Source: Halarcobacter sp.
GTDB taxonomy: Bacteria; Campylobacterota; Campylobacteria; Campylobacterales; Arcobacteraceae
NCBI GenBank assembly: GCA_963676565.1
Contig: OY781089.1
Span: 3,040,001 to 3,104,000 of the forward strand
Reading direction: 5' to 3'
Length of the DNA: 64,000 nt
Below, piece by piece: positions 41,525 to 52,347 of this stretch; positions within the stretch are counted from its first letter, which is position 1; every line of letters starts with the position of its first letter. The position numbers and the translations under genes are program-made. Under the pieces are notes generated by a model that ran no database searches, was not told the origin of the DNA, and was given only the letters and a program-made list of their open reading frames with translations.

Positions 41525-41563
41525 TGTTAAATTACTGTTAATTAACTGTTATTTAACTCTTAA
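41525..41563. promoter_or_regulatory. Four phased direct repeats (11-bp period) in the divergent promoter region
   Basis: TGTTAA 41525, TGTTAA 41536, TGTTAT 41547, TCTTAA 41558. Confidence 0.55.
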
Positions 41564-41601
41564 TTGCTATTATTAATTAATTTTTTATAAAAGGATTTAC
41601 T

Positions 41602-42726
41602 TTGTTCAAATATGTTTTAGTTTTTATGATTTTCTTTACAGCTTATTTAAATGCAGCGACATTCTCCAAAGAAGCCAGCAAAGAACCAATTTTAGTTCAA
41701 AAAGGTGAAGAAAAACATTGGTGCCCTGTTTGTGGAATGAGCATAAAAAATTTTTACAAGACTTCACATACTTCAACTTTAGAAAATGGAACAGTAAGAC
41801 AATATTGCTCAATAAGATGTTTAGCAAAAGATAAAGAAGAGTATGGGATAGATGAGAACAACATCAAAGTAATTGATGCAAAACATGAAAAACTAATAGA
41901 TGCGAAAAAAGCTTTTTATGTAATTGGAAGCAAGGTAAAAGGTACAATGAGTATGACTAGTAAACTTGCCTTTGAAAAAGAGCTTGATGCTAAAGAATTT
42001 ATGAAACAATATGGTGGAAAGATTGCAAGTTTTGATGAAGCATTGAAAGAAGCTCAAAATTCATTAAAAAAAGATGATGCAAACACCAAAAATAAAAAAA
42101 TAAAAAAAGTTTATCCAATGGGTAAAAAAATCTTTGAAAAACTATGTAATGAAGATATCGACCCAACAGAGTATATAGAGATTAATGAATTAAAAGCAGA
42201 TATAAAAAACAATAAGCTTTGTAAAAGATTAGATGAAAAAAAGCTACAAGCAGTTGCTTTATATCTATGGGAAGTTAAAAGATTTGGAGATTTAGATTCA
42301 ATCAAAAATAAAGTACAAGTTGAAGAAAGAGAAAAGTGTCCTGTATGTGGAATGTTTGTTGCAAAATATCCAAGATGGGCGGCACAAATATTTTATAAAC
42401 ATGGTGATCATGAACATAAATTTTCATTTGATGGTGTTAAAGATATGATGAAATTTTACTTTAATCCAAAAAAATGGGGAGATTATCCTGTTTCTAAAGA
42501 TATGATTAGTAAAATCTTAGTTACAGATTATTATTCTCAAGAAGCTATTGATGGAAGTAAGGCTTTTTATGTAATTGGTTCAGATGTATATGGACCAATG
42601 GGTAATGAGTTGATTCCATTTATTAATGAAAATGATGCAAAAATATTCAAAAATGATCATGATGGAACAAAAATAGTGAGATTTGATAAAATTATTGAAG
42701 ATGAAGTTTATAAATTAGATGAATAA
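41602..42726 (+). CDS. NosL-family protein with two NosL domains
   Basis: CPVCGM twice, YCSIRC, and YVIGSDVYGPMG. Confidence 0.82.
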   Translation: MFKYVLVFMIFFTAYLNAATFSKEASKEPILVQKGEEKHWCPVCGMSIKNFYKTSHTSTLENGTVRQYCSIRCLAKDKEEYGIDENNIKVIDAKHEKLIDAKKAFYVIGSKVKGTMSMTSKLAFEKELDAKEFMKQYGGKIASFDEALKEAQNSLKKDDANTKNKKIKKVYPMGKKIFEKLCNEDIDPTEYIEINELKADIKNNKLCKRLDEKKLQAVALYLWEVKRFGDLDSIKNKVQVEEREKCPVCGMFVAKYPRWAAQIFYKHGDHEHKFSFDGVKDMMKFYFNPKKWGDYPVSKDMISKILVTDYYSQEAIDGSKAFYVIGSDVYGPMGNELIPFINENDAKIFKNDHDGTKIVRFDKIIEDEVYKLDE

Positions 42727-43039
42727 AAAAAGTAAGTATTTTATTGGTATCACAATTTTCTTAATTAGTTTACTATTAATACAAATTGTGTACCTTAAAA
42801 CATATGAGTCAATAGACCCCAAACAATTAAATGAAAAAAAAGCCTTTCTAAAAGTTACTGCCCTGCCTGATTTAGCTATTTCAACAGAGGCTATGTATAT
42901 TAGACATAGAACATTAAGTGATACATTTTCTTTATTAAAAGAGAGTCCAGAATTAAGAGAGTATTTTCCATCTACTTTCACCTATTCCCACTCTCATATT
43001 CTAAATAACACACCCTCAAAGGTTTTAAATGAAAAGTAA
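42719..43039 (+). CDS. Small membrane-anchored hypothetical protein
   Basis: N-terminal TM helix, LPDLA...YIRHR; overlaps both neighbours. Confidence 0.7.
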   Translation: MNKKSKYFIGITIFLISLLLIQIVYLKTYESIDPKQLNEKKAFLKVTALPDLAISTEAMYIRHRTLSDTFSLLKESPELREYFPSTFTYSHSHILNNTPSKVLNEK

Positions 43040-44216
43040 AATCAATCTGTATTTAATAGAGTTTGCCATAAACTCTTTACTTAGACAAAAATTTAAAAAT
43101 ATATTTATTTTAATAGTTCTTATTTTTTTAACTTCACTAATAGCCTCAATATTTTTTATTTCAAACTCAATTAAATACGAACTAAATACGACACTTAAAA
43201 CTCTTCCTCAAATTACCATACAAAAGTTAAAAGCGGGAAGACATTATGATATGAATTTAAATGATGTGGATGAAATTTTACATATTGCAGGAGTTACTGA
43301 TGCAATTCCTAGAGTTTGGGGATACTACTATTTTGCAAATATGGGTACAAACTTTTCTATAATTGGAATAGATGAATTTGAAAACCAATATAAACAAACC
43401 TTAGTTGAAGCAACAAAAGCAAATGATTTTACAAAAGCCTTAGATGAAAACTCTATGATAGTTGGAGAGGGAGTAAAAAAAGCCTTAGAAGAAAACTACT
43501 ATAAAAAATATTTTAATTTTATCAAACCAGATGGAACTTTCAAAAAAGTAAATATTGGAGGTGTTTTTAAGTCTTCTACAAACCTAGAATCAAATGATAC
43601 AATTTTACTTCCAAAACAAATAGCACTAGAGATTTTTGGAATGGAAGAAGATAAAATTACTGATATTGTTGTAAAAGTTGCAAATCCAGAAGAGATACCA
43701 ACAATCGCTTCAAAAATTCGAATAATATTTCCTGATGCAAGAGTTATTACGAATAAAGATTTAGAAATCTCATATCAAAATATCTTTGACTATAAAAGTG
43801 GAATGTTTTTAGCATTGTTTGTTGTTTCAATATTTACATTTTTTATTATTGTTTATGATAAAGCAAGTGGAATGAGTTCAGAAGAGAAAAGAGAAATTGG
43901 TGTTTTAAAAGCTTTAGGCTGGAAAATCGAAGATGTTTTAAAAGAGAAGTTCTATGAAAGTTTTATTATCTCTTTCTTGGGATATATAATTGGTATTTTA
44001 ATAGCCTTAAGTTTTGTATATATTTTTAACGCACCATTACTAAGTAATATATTCACTGGGTATTCTGAATTAAAAACAGATTTTGAGTTGCCTTTTTTAA
44101 TTGATTATAATACTTTATTTTTAATATTTTTTCTAACGGTTCCTATTTATATAGCTTCAACTATAATACCTTCATGGAGAAGTGCAACAATTGAAACAGA
44201 TAAGGTTTTAAGATGA
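43029..44216 (+). CDS. ABC transporter permease, FtsX/LolE/MacB type
   Basis: TM, periplasmic domain, EKREIGVLKALGW and three C-terminal TMs. Confidence 0.88.
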   Translation: MKSKINLYLIEFAINSLLRQKFKNIFILIVLIFLTSLIASIFFISNSIKYELNTTLKTLPQITIQKLKAGRHYDMNLNDVDEILHIAGVTDAIPRVWGYYYFANMGTNFSIIGIDEFENQYKQTLVEATKANDFTKALDENSMIVGEGVKKALEENYYKKYFNFIKPDGTFKKVNIGGVFKSSTNLESNDTILLPKQIALEIFGMEEDKITDIVVKVANPEEIPTIASKIRIIFPDARVITNKDLEISYQNIFDYKSGMFLALFVVSIFTFFIIVYDKASGMSSEEKREIGVLKALGWKIEDVLKEKFYESFIISFLGYIIGILIALSFVYIFNAPLLSNIFTGYSELKTDFELPFLIDYNTLFLIFFLTVPIYIASTIIPSWRSATIETDKVLR

Positions 44217-44896
44217 TAGAACTAAAAAAACTAAAAAAAGTTTTTGAACTTAATAAAAATAATACAATAGTTGCAGTAAATGATATAAGTTTAGAGATAA
44301 ATGATGGGGAACTACTTGTTTTAAAAGGTGCAAGTGGAAGTGGTAAAAGTACAATTCTTTCTTGTTTGGCTGGACTTTCAAAACCTACAACTGGTGAAGT
44401 AATTATTGATGATGATAGAATTTCAAAACTTCCTGATAATTTTGCTTCACTTTTTAGAAGAGAAAAAATTGGTTTTATCTTCCAAAAATATAATTTAATA
44501 CCAACTTTAAGTGTAAAGGAGAATATCTTAATTCCACTAATTCCTGAAAATTTACCTTCTAATGAAACAAAAGAGATTTTAGAAAAGGTTATGAAAAAGT
44601 TTAAAATTGACCATAAAAAAGATGAACTTGTAAAAAACCTTTCAGGGGGAGAGCAACAAAGAGTTGCAATTGCAAGAAGCCAAGTAAATAATCCAAAATA
44701 TATCATTGCAGATGAACCAACAGCAAACTTAGATAAAGAGTTATCACTTCATTTTATTGAGATTTTAAAAGAATTAAAAAATGAGGGTAAAACAATCATT
44801 GTAGCTACCCATGATCCACTTTTCTTTGAGCTTGACTTTGTTGATAAAGTTATTGAAATATCAAATGGAGAAATTTTAAATGAGGCTTTAATATAA
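44213..44896 (+). CDS. ABC transporter ATP-binding protein, LolD-like
   Basis: GASGSGKST, LSGGEQQRVAIAR and DEPT motifs. Confidence 0.93.
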   Translation: MIELKKLKKVFELNKNNTIVAVNDISLEINDGELLVLKGASGSGKSTILSCLAGLSKPTTGEVIIDDDRISKLPDNFASLFRREKIGFIFQKYNLIPTLSVKENILIPLIPENLPSNETKEILEKVMKKFKIDHKKDELVKNLSGGEQQRVAIARSQVNNPKYIIADEPTANLDKELSLHFIEILKELKNEGKTIIVATHDPLFFELDFVDKVIEISNGEILNEALI

Positions 44897-45864
44897 TGCT
44901 TTTATCACCTGAAGTTTTAACTATACTTATTATAAATACAATATTTTTAGTATTTGGTACCATTGCTTTTTTTCTATCAACTAAAATTTTTTTAGGATGG
45001 GATATCAACTCAACTTCTAAGAAACAATATACCTTAGAGAAACAAAACTATTTAAGTGCAACAATAATCAAATATATACTTTTTACAAAAATTGTACTTT
45101 TTTTATTTTTTGTTTTTACCCTAGATAAGATATCAAATGTTTTAACAGGTGCCATGTGTGCAGCAGGTGTTGTTGATGCAACTAGTTATGGTATTTATCT
45201 ACTTTTGTTTAAATTAATAAATATCTATTTATTTGGTTTTTGGTTAATAATCCACAAAAGTGATATTGAAACAAAAGATATGAAGTTTACAAAATTAAAA
45301 TTTGGTTTTTATCTTTTTATCTATTTAATTTTTTTAGTTGAAACAATTATTGAAATAACGATGTTTTCTTCAATTGAAGTTGATAAATTAGTTTCTTGTT
45401 GTGGAACCTTATATTCAAGTTCAACAGGCTCATATCTATCTTCTTTATACGCCTTTGATAATAGTTTAATTCTTGGAGTATTTTATTCAATCTTTGCACT
45501 GCTTGTATTATCATACTTTCTAAAAAATGATTTTTTATATGTGATTTTTAATCTTCTATTTTTAATTATCTCACTGCTAAGTTTAATTATGTTTTTTGGA
45601 ACTTATATTTATGAGTTACCAACTCACCATTGCCCTTTTTGTATGCTTCAAAAAGAGTATAACTATGTAGGTTATATTATTTATATCTTTTTATTTTTAG
45701 GAACATTCTATGGTTTTATTCCTGCTCTTAGAAATATCGTTTTGCATATAAAAGAGAAACAAAACTATTATTATAAGATTTCTATTATATCTTCTATAAT
45801 TTATGTGATAATTGTTAGTTTATATCCTATAGCATTTTATATAAGGAATGGAGTCTGGCTATAG
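44896..45864 (+). CDS. Polytopic membrane protein with Cys/His motifs
   Basis: About eight TMs; GAMCAAG, VSCCG and PTHHCPFC motifs. Confidence 0.75.
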   Translation: MLLSPEVLTILIINTIFLVFGTIAFFLSTKIFLGWDINSTSKKQYTLEKQNYLSATIIKYILFTKIVLFLFFVFTLDKISNVLTGAMCAAGVVDATSYGIYLLLFKLINIYLFGFWLIIHKSDIETKDMKFTKLKFGFYLFIYLIFLVETIIEITMFSSIEVDKLVSCCGTLYSSSTGSYLSSLYAFDNSLILGVFYSIFALLVLSYFLKNDFLYVIFNLLFLIISLLSLIMFFGTYIYELPTHHCPFCMLQKEYNYVGYIIYIFLFLGTFYGFIPALRNIVLHIKEKQNYYYKISIISSIIYVIIVSLYPIAFYIRNGVWL

Positions 45865-45984
45865 TTATCAAAAAAATTATTTTTAAATAAAAAGAACTAA
45901 TTGTATGCTTTTTATATAGCTGCATGTATATATCTTTGTTGGATTAGTGATAAAATTATTATCATATAAACAAAGGACTAAGTA

Positions 45985-47799
45985 ATGAATAACTTAGACT
46001 TAATTTGGATTTTATTAAGTGCTTTTTTGGTTTTCTTAATGCAATTTGGTTTTTCTTTAGTTGAAACAGGAAGTGTAAGAACAAAAAATACAATCAATGT
46101 GGCTATGAAAAATCTAATTGATACAGTTTTTGGAATAATCTTTTTCTGGTTTATCGGTTTTGGATTAATGTTTGGAACCGACTCTTTTGGACTCTTTGGA
46201 ACTGACAGTTTTATAATAGATGGTAAAAATCTAGAACAAAATGCAATATTTTTCTTCCAAGCAATGTTTGCAGCAACTGCTGTTACAATTGTTTCAGGAG
46301 CAGTTGCTGAAAGAATAAAATTTAATGGTTATATTGTTGTTGCGATAATTGTTTCTGCAATTATATACCCTATTTTTGGACACTGGGCATGGAATGAAAA
46401 TGGTTGGTTAAATAAACTTGGCTTTATAGATTTTGCTGGTTCAACTGTTGTTCACTCTATAGGGGCTTGGATTGGACTTATTGGAACTATAGTTTTAGGA
46501 CCAAGACTTGGTAAATTTAAAAATGGAAAAGTGAAATATTTTGCCCCAAGTAATCATAACTTTATAGTTTTTGGTGTATTTATACTTTTTTTCTCTTGGT
46601 TCGGATTTAACGCAGGAAGCTTATTAAAATTTGACTACGAAGTTACCTCAATACTTCTAAATACACTAATAGCTGCTGTTTTTGGTGGATTTGGTGCATG
46701 GATTGTAACTCTTTTTCATAAATCAAAGGTTGATGTTGAAATTTTTAGTTATGGTATTTTAGCAGGTCTTGTGGGGATTACAGCAGGGTGTTATGAACTA
46801 ACTGTTGCACAAAGTGCAATTGTAGGATTTATCTCTTCATTTATAATGCACTATTCAAATGAACTTTTAACAAGATATTTTAAAATAGATGACCCTTTAA
46901 GCGTAGTTAGTATTCATGGTTTTGCAGGAGCATGGGGAACAATAGCAGTGGGTATTTTTGCGAAACTTCCTGATGGTATGACTAGAATTGAATTAATTTT
47001 AGTACAAACAGTAGGAGTGTTTAGTGCCTTCTTATTTGCCATCATTACAGGTTTTGTTCTATTTATTATCCTTTATAAACTTGATTTACTTAGAGTTAGA
47101 AAAAAACATGAAGTAATAGGTTTAAATACAAGCGAACACAATGCCAAGCTTCCATGGGTTGAGACAATTGAAAGTATTGTAACAATTATGAAAACAGGAA
47201 ATATGGGGAAAAAAGTTCATGAAGAAAGGGGTACAGAAGTTGGTTTAGTGGCAAAATTTTTTAATATATTATTAAATATGTTAAAAGAGAAAAATACCCA
47301 ATTAAAAAATAGTAATAAATCTTTGCATAAAAAAGCTTATTTTGATGCCTTAACATCAATTATGAATAGAAGAGGTTTTTTAGAAAAAATAAAAGACAAA
47401 ACTCTTTTCTCAAAATATTCTCTTGCAATAATTGATATTGATAAGTTTAAATCAATAAATGATAATTATGGGCATGATATAGGAGATGAAGTTTTAAAAG
47501 AGTTAGCAAAAGTGGTATCAAATAATATAAGAGATAAAGATTTGTTTGCAAGATGGGGAGGTGAAGAGTTTGTTTTATTGATGGATACAGACGATTTACA
47601 AATAGCACAAAATATTGCAGATAAAATAAGAAAAGCAATAGAAAAAGCACCTTTCTCAACAGTAAATAATATAACAGCTTCATTTGGTGTTAGTAATTTT
47701 AAAAATATAAACGAATCTTTTGATGATGTATTGAAAAAAGCAGATAAAGCTTTATATAATGCTAAAGAGTTAGGGAGGAATAGAGTTTGTAGTTATTAA
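45985..47799 (+). CDS. Ammonium transporter (Amt) - GGDEF fusion
   Basis: FFFQAMFA, DFAGSTVVH, WFGFN, IDDP...IHG; C-terminal RDKD and GGEEF. Confidence 0.92.
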   Translation: MNNLDLIWILLSAFLVFLMQFGFSLVETGSVRTKNTINVAMKNLIDTVFGIIFFWFIGFGLMFGTDSFGLFGTDSFIIDGKNLEQNAIFFFQAMFAATAVTIVSGAVAERIKFNGYIVVAIIVSAIIYPIFGHWAWNENGWLNKLGFIDFAGSTVVHSIGAWIGLIGTIVLGPRLGKFKNGKVKYFAPSNHNFIVFGVFILFFSWFGFNAGSLLKFDYEVTSILLNTLIAAVFGGFGAWIVTLFHKSKVDVEIFSYGILAGLVGITAGCYELTVAQSAIVGFISSFIMHYSNELLTRYFKIDDPLSVVSIHGFAGAWGTIAVGIFAKLPDGMTRIELILVQTVGVFSAFLFAIITGFVLFIILYKLDLLRVRKKHEVIGLNTSEHNAKLPWVETIESIVTIMKTGNMGKKVHEERGTEVGLVAKFFNILLNMLKEKNTQLKNSNKSLHKKAYFDALTSIMNRRGFLEKIKDKTLFSKYSLAIIDIDKFKSINDNYGHDIGDEVLKELAKVVSNNIRDKDLFARWGGEEFVLLMDTDDLQIAQNIADKIRKAIEKAPFSTVNNITASFGVSNFKNINESFDDVLKKADKALYNAKELGRNRVCSY

Positions 47800-47823
47800 A
47801 ACTAGAGGAATACCTCTAGTTTT
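47797..47823. terminator. Bidirectional terminator between the Amt-GGDEF gene and purL
   Basis: AAAACTAGAGG-AATA-CCTCTAGTTTT. Confidence 0.8.
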
Positions 47824-47825
47824 TA

Positions 47826-50039
47826 TTATAAATCTTGTTCGATTACTTGTCTAAATTTATTAAAGTAGATATCTTTTGCAGCATCTAACTCAAAATAAAC
47901 ATCATTGATAGAGATTTTCCCTCCACCAATCATACCAAGTTTTGTACAAGTGATTTTTCTATTTGCACAAAGTCTTTCAAAGCTTTCACAGTTTTCAGGG
48001 TCAACTTCAACTAAAGCTCTTGATAGTGTTTCAGAGAAAATATCTTTTTCATCTTCTAAATCTACTTTAGCATCAACACCTCTGTTTCCAACAACAGCCA
48101 TTTTTGCTAGTGCAATTGCAAGTCCACCTACATTTACATCTTTTGCAGATTCTAATAGGTCTTGTTTATTAGCTTCGATAACTGTATTCCAAAGATTTAA
48201 TTCTTTTGAAAAATCAACTTCAGGGTGAGTTCCAGCTACTTTATCATAGAATTTTTTCATATATAAAGATCCACCAAATTCTGATTTAGTATCACCTAAT
48301 AAATATACAAAGTTTCCATCTTCTTTAAATGCAGAAGGTAAAACTTTATTTGCATCTTCATTTACACCAACCATTGCAATTGCAGGAGTTGGGAAAACAC
48401 CAACACCATTTGTCTCATTATATAAAGATACATTTCCACCAATAACTGGAGTATTTAACTCTTTACAAGCAGATTTTATACCTTCACAAGCTTGAGCAAA
48501 TTGCCACATAACTTCTGGGTTTTGTGGATTTCCAAAGTTAAGACAATCAGTAATTGCTTTTGGAACAGCTCCTGTCATAGCTACATTTCTTCCTGATTCC
48601 ATAACAGCTGCTGCAGCTCCAAGTTCTGGATTAATATAACATTGTCTTGTATTACAATCAGCACTCATTGCTAAAGCCTTTCCAGTCTCTTTAATTCTAA
48701 TTACAGAACCATCTAATTTTCCAGGTCCTTTTACAGTATTTGTTTGAACCATTGAATCATATTGATTATAAACCCATGATTTATCAACAACTTCCATATC
48801 ACTAATTAATGCTTCAAATGCTTCTTGGTTTGAGATTTCTTTATCTAAAGTAATATCTTCAATCCCTTCTAAATACTCTGGTTTTGCAACTGGTCTATCT
48901 AAAATTGGAGCTTCTTCTGAAACTGGTTGAACTGGAATATCTGCACATTTTTCACCATGCCAAAATAATTCCATATTTCCAGTTGCAGTTACTTCACCAA
49001 TAACAGCTACATCTAATTCCCATTTTTCAAAGATATCAATAATAGCTTGCTCACAACCTTTTTTAGCACAAATTAGCATTCTTTCTTGAGATTCACTTAG
49101 CATGAAATCATAAGGAGTCATCCCCTCTTCTCTTGCTGGAACTTTATCTAAATGCATAATCATACCAGAACCAGATCTTCCTGCCATCTCAAAAGAAGAT
49201 GAAGTAAGTCCTGCTGCACCCATATCCTGGATACCAATAATTAAATCCTCTTTAAATAGCTCTAAACAAGCTTCTAAAAGTAGTTTTTCAGTAAATGGGT
49301 CTCCAACTTGAACTGTTGGTCTTTTTGATTCAGAATCTTCATCAAATGAAGCAGATGACATTACAGCTCCACCAAGTCCATCACGCCCAGTTTTAGAACC
49401 TACATACATAACTGGGTTTCCAATACCTTCAGCTTTTCCGTAGAAAATCTCATCAGCTTTTGCAATACCTAAGTTAAAAGCATTTACAAGGTTATTTCCA
49501 GCATAACACTCTTCAAAATTTGTTTGTCCACCAATAGTTGGAACACCCATACAGTTACCATATCCACCAATACCTGCAACAACACCTCTTAAAAGAAATC
49601 TATGTTTTTGTGCAGTTTCAGAATCACCCTCAATACCTGCAAATTGGATTAAGTTCATAGAAGCAACTGGTCTAGCTCCCATTGTAAATACGTCTCTCAT
49701 AATACCACCAACACCAGTAGCAGCACCTTGATATGGTTCTATAAAAGAAGGGTGGTTATGTGATTCCATTTTAAATACTGCTGCGTATCCATCACCAATA
49801 TCAATAACACCAGCATTTTCACCTGGTCCTTGAATAACCCATGGAGCCTTAGTTGGGAATCCATTTAAATATTTTTTACTAGATTTATAAGAACAATGTT
49901 CAGACCACATTGCAGAAAAAATTCCAATCTCTACATAGTTTGGTTCTCTTCCTAAAATCTCTTTAATGTTATCTAATTCTTCAAGTGTCAAAGAGTGAGC
50001 AAGTGCTAACTCTTCTAAAGTCATCTCTTTATTTTGCAT
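47826..50039 (-). CDS. purL: Phosphoribosylformylglycinamidine synthase subunit PurL
   Basis: [23 protein letters not shown] and SESQERM motifs. Confidence 0.98.
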   Translation of the reverse strand: MQNKEMTLEELALAHSLTLEELDNIKEILGREPNYVEIGIFSAMWSEHCSYKSSKKYLNGFPTKAPWVIQGPGENAGVIDIGDGYAAVFKMESHNHPSFIEPYQGAATGVGGIMRDVFTMGARPVASMNLIQFAGIEGDSETAQKHRFLLRGVVAGIGGYGNCMGVPTIGGQTNFEECYAGNNLVNAFNLGIAKADEIFYGKAEGIGNPVMYVGSKTGRDGLGGAVMSSASFDEDSESKRPTVQVGDPFTEKLLLEACLELFKEDLIIGIQDMGAAGLTSSSFEMAGRSGSGMIMHLDKVPAREEGMTPYDFMLSESQERMLICAKKGCEQAIIDIFEKWELDVAVIGEVTATGNMELFWHGEKCADIPVQPVSEEAPILDRPVAKPEYLEGIEDITLDKEISNQEAFEALISDMEVVDKSWVYNQYDSMVQTNTVKGPGKLDGSVIRIKETGKALAMSADCNTRQCYINPELGAAAAVMESGRNVAMTGAVPKAITDCLNFGNPQNPEVMWQFAQACEGIKSACKELNTPVIGGNVSLYNETNGVGVFPTPAIAMVGVNEDANKVLPSAFKEDGNFVYLLGDTKSEFGGSLYMKKFYDKVAGTHPEVDFSKELNLWNTVIEANKQDLLESAKDVNVGGLAIALAKMAVVGNRGVDAKVDLEDEKDIFSETLSRALVEVDPENCESFERLCANRKITCTKLGMIGGGKISINDVYFELDAAKDIYFNKFRQVIEQDL

Positions 50040-50112
50040 TTTTCGCCTTAAAATTATGGTTGTGATTGTTTCTAAAGTTCGTGATTATATCTAAAGGGCA
50101 CTTAGCTTTTGA

Positions 50113-51072
50113 TTACCCTTCAGCTAAGATTTTTATTTTATTGTCTTTTAACTCTATGTAAAGCTCTTTTCGTCCATTAAAAGTGTAGTACTTAGTCTCA
50201 TAATCTTCATCCATTAAAACTTTAAACATTTGCTTATTTAATGAGTTTGGGTAAGGAACAATATTTATATTTTTAAACTCTATTTTTTTATTTTCTTTTT
50301 TTGAGAAAATTTTTTCTTTGTAATCTTTAAATTGTTTAATATCCATTCCATCATGTCTTCTGAAGTTTTCTGAATAAAAATTTAAATACCCTTCTAAATC
50401 AGATTTTTTCCAAGCTTCTCTCCATTTATAAATAGAAGATAAGATTAAACTCATTTGATCTTTTGAAACCTTTTTTAAATTTTCATCGGAAATTAACAAA
50501 ATCGATTTAGTATAATCAAAACTTTCATCTAATTCTTCAAGTTTTGGATTATCTAAAGCAATACATCCTTTTGTAAACTCTTCTCTTTCTTCGTTTAAAG
50601 GCATTCCATGAATCCATATACCATGGCCATTTTTATTTAAAGTTTTATCAAAAGTATTAGGATAATTAGTTACTAAAGCTAAAGGACCATAAAATTGATC
50701 CACTGATGTTAATTTTTTTGTTAATTCATAAGCTCCAGTTGGAGTTTTCAAGTCCCCTTCAGATTGTTTATCACCCTCTTTCTCTCCAACAATTACACTA
50801 TCCCTTAAAATTAAGTTATAGTCATTTTTGCCAATTTTATATAAAGCAATCTCTTTAGCATCTTTTTGGGTAAAAAGAAGATATTTTTTTGATTCATAAT
50901 AACCAAAATCTACATTTTTATCTTTTAAATATTTCTTCCAATATTCTTTTTTTGTTAGTTGTTTTTCAAGTTCAATTTTTACAGCCTCCAATCCTTGGCT
51001 TCTATAAATGTCAACTAAATCAGCAATCATAATATTTGAAATTATGATTAAAATTAATACTATTTTCTTCAA
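50113..51072 (-). CDS. YkuD-fold L,D-carboxypeptidase/transpeptidase with NTF2-like C-terminus (Csd6/Pgp2-like)
   Basis: EGDLKTPTG and GIWIHG...TKGC motifs. Confidence 0.85.
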   Translation of the reverse strand: MKKIVLILIIISNIMIADLVDIYRSQGLEAVKIELEKQLTKKEYWKKYLKDKNVDFGYYESKKYLLFTQKDAKEIALYKIGKNDYNLILRDSVIVGEKEGDKQSEGDLKTPTGAYELTKKLTSVDQFYGPLALVTNYPNTFDKTLNKNGHGIWIHGMPLNEEREEFTKGCIALDNPKLEELDESFDYTKSILLISDENLKKVSKDQMSLILSSIYKWREAWKKSDLEGYLNFYSENFRRHDGMDIKQFKDYKEKIFSKKENKKIEFKNINIVPYPNSLNKQMFKVLMDEDYETKYYTFNGRKELYIELKDNKIKILAEG

Positions 51073-51156
51073 TTGATAGCTCCCAAAATTCTTTATATAT
51101 TCTTTAGTTGCGCAATTGTATAATATCGCTTCTAATTTTTTTATAAAAGAAGGTAC

Positions 51157-52347
51157 ATGAAAAAAACGATAATCCTATTTCTGTTTATTATTACATCTAT
51201 ATTTGCAAACGTTGTTAAAGAAGAAAAATGGCCCAAAGGTGAAACATTTTTAACCTTTTTAGACAAATATCAAATCCCTCAAAAACTATATTTCGATTTA
51301 GAAAAAGAGGATAAAGAGCTTTGTTCAGAGATTACTGCTGATAACTATTACTATACAATTGAAAATGATGATGGAAGTTTAAATCAAGTTTTAATTCCAG
51401 TTTCTGAAGAGATTCAATTACATTTATCAAAACAAGATGATGGAACTTATAAATTTCAAACTTTGCCAATAAGCTATAGAGAGTTTACTGAAACAATTGC
51501 AATGCCAATAACTAGTTCAGTTTCACAACAACTGCAAGAAGCAACAGCAAGTGCAGCTTTAGCGGCTAACTTAAAATCAATTTTTTCTGGAGTAAGCTTT
51601 AGAAGAATGCAAAAAGGTGATATTGTTGCAATTGAGTATACTCAAAAAGAACTTTTAGGGAAACCATTTGGTCAACCACTTATAAAAGCTGCAATGGTTG
51701 AGATTAACGGGAAAAAACATTATAGATTTTTAAATGATAAAAATGATAAATATTATGATGAAAAGGGTAAAGCATTTACAAAGTTTTATTTCTTTAAATA
51801 TCCTCTTTCATATTCAAGAATTTCAAGTCACTTTACAAAAAAAAGATGGCACCCTGTTTTAAAAAGATATAGAGCTCATTTAGGAACGGACTTTGCTGCT
51901 CCTAGGGGAAGAAAAATTTACGCTGCTGGTGATGGAAGGATTGAATTTAAAGGTAGAAAAGGTGGATATGGTAATACAATTATCATCAGACATCCAAATG
52001 GATACAAAACCTTATATGCTCACCAACATAAATTTAGAGCCGGGTTAAGAACTGGGCAAAGAGTTAAAAAAGGTGATTTAATCGGATATGTTGGAAGTAC
52101 AGGATTAAGTTCTGGACCACATTTACACCTTGGAGTATATAAAAATGGAAGAGCAATTAATCCTTTGAAAATCATAAGAAAACCTGAAACAGTAAAACTT
52201 TCAGGGGCAAAAAGAAAACAATTTATAGCCTTAGCAAAAGAAAAAATAAAAGAATTTGACAAAGTTATTGACAATATTGATAACTATAAAGGAACAAGAT
52301 TAGATAGAATGGCTTCATCAAGCCAACTAAATCCAAAGGAAATCTAA
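51157..52347 (+). CDS. M23 family peptidoglycan DD-peptidase (Csd3-like)
   Basis: HLGTD, YAH and GPHLH zinc motifs. Confidence 0.9.
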   Translation: MKKTIILFLFIITSIFANVVKEEKWPKGETFLTFLDKYQIPQKLYFDLEKEDKELCSEITADNYYYTIENDDGSLNQVLIPVSEEIQLHLSKQDDGTYKFQTLPISYREFTETIAMPITSSVSQQLQEATASAALAANLKSIFSGVSFRRMQKGDIVAIEYTQKELLGKPFGQPLIKAAMVEINGKKHYRFLNDKNDKYYDEKGKAFTKFYFFKYPLSYSRISSHFTKKRWHPVLKRYRAHLGTDFAAPRGRKIYAAGDGRIEFKGRKGGYGNTIIIRHPNGYKTLYAHQHKFRAGLRTGQRVKKGDLIGYVGSTGLSSGPHLHLGVYKNGRAINPLKIIRKPETVKLSGAKRKQFIALAKEKIKEFDKVIDNIDNYKGTRLDRMASSSQLNPKEI

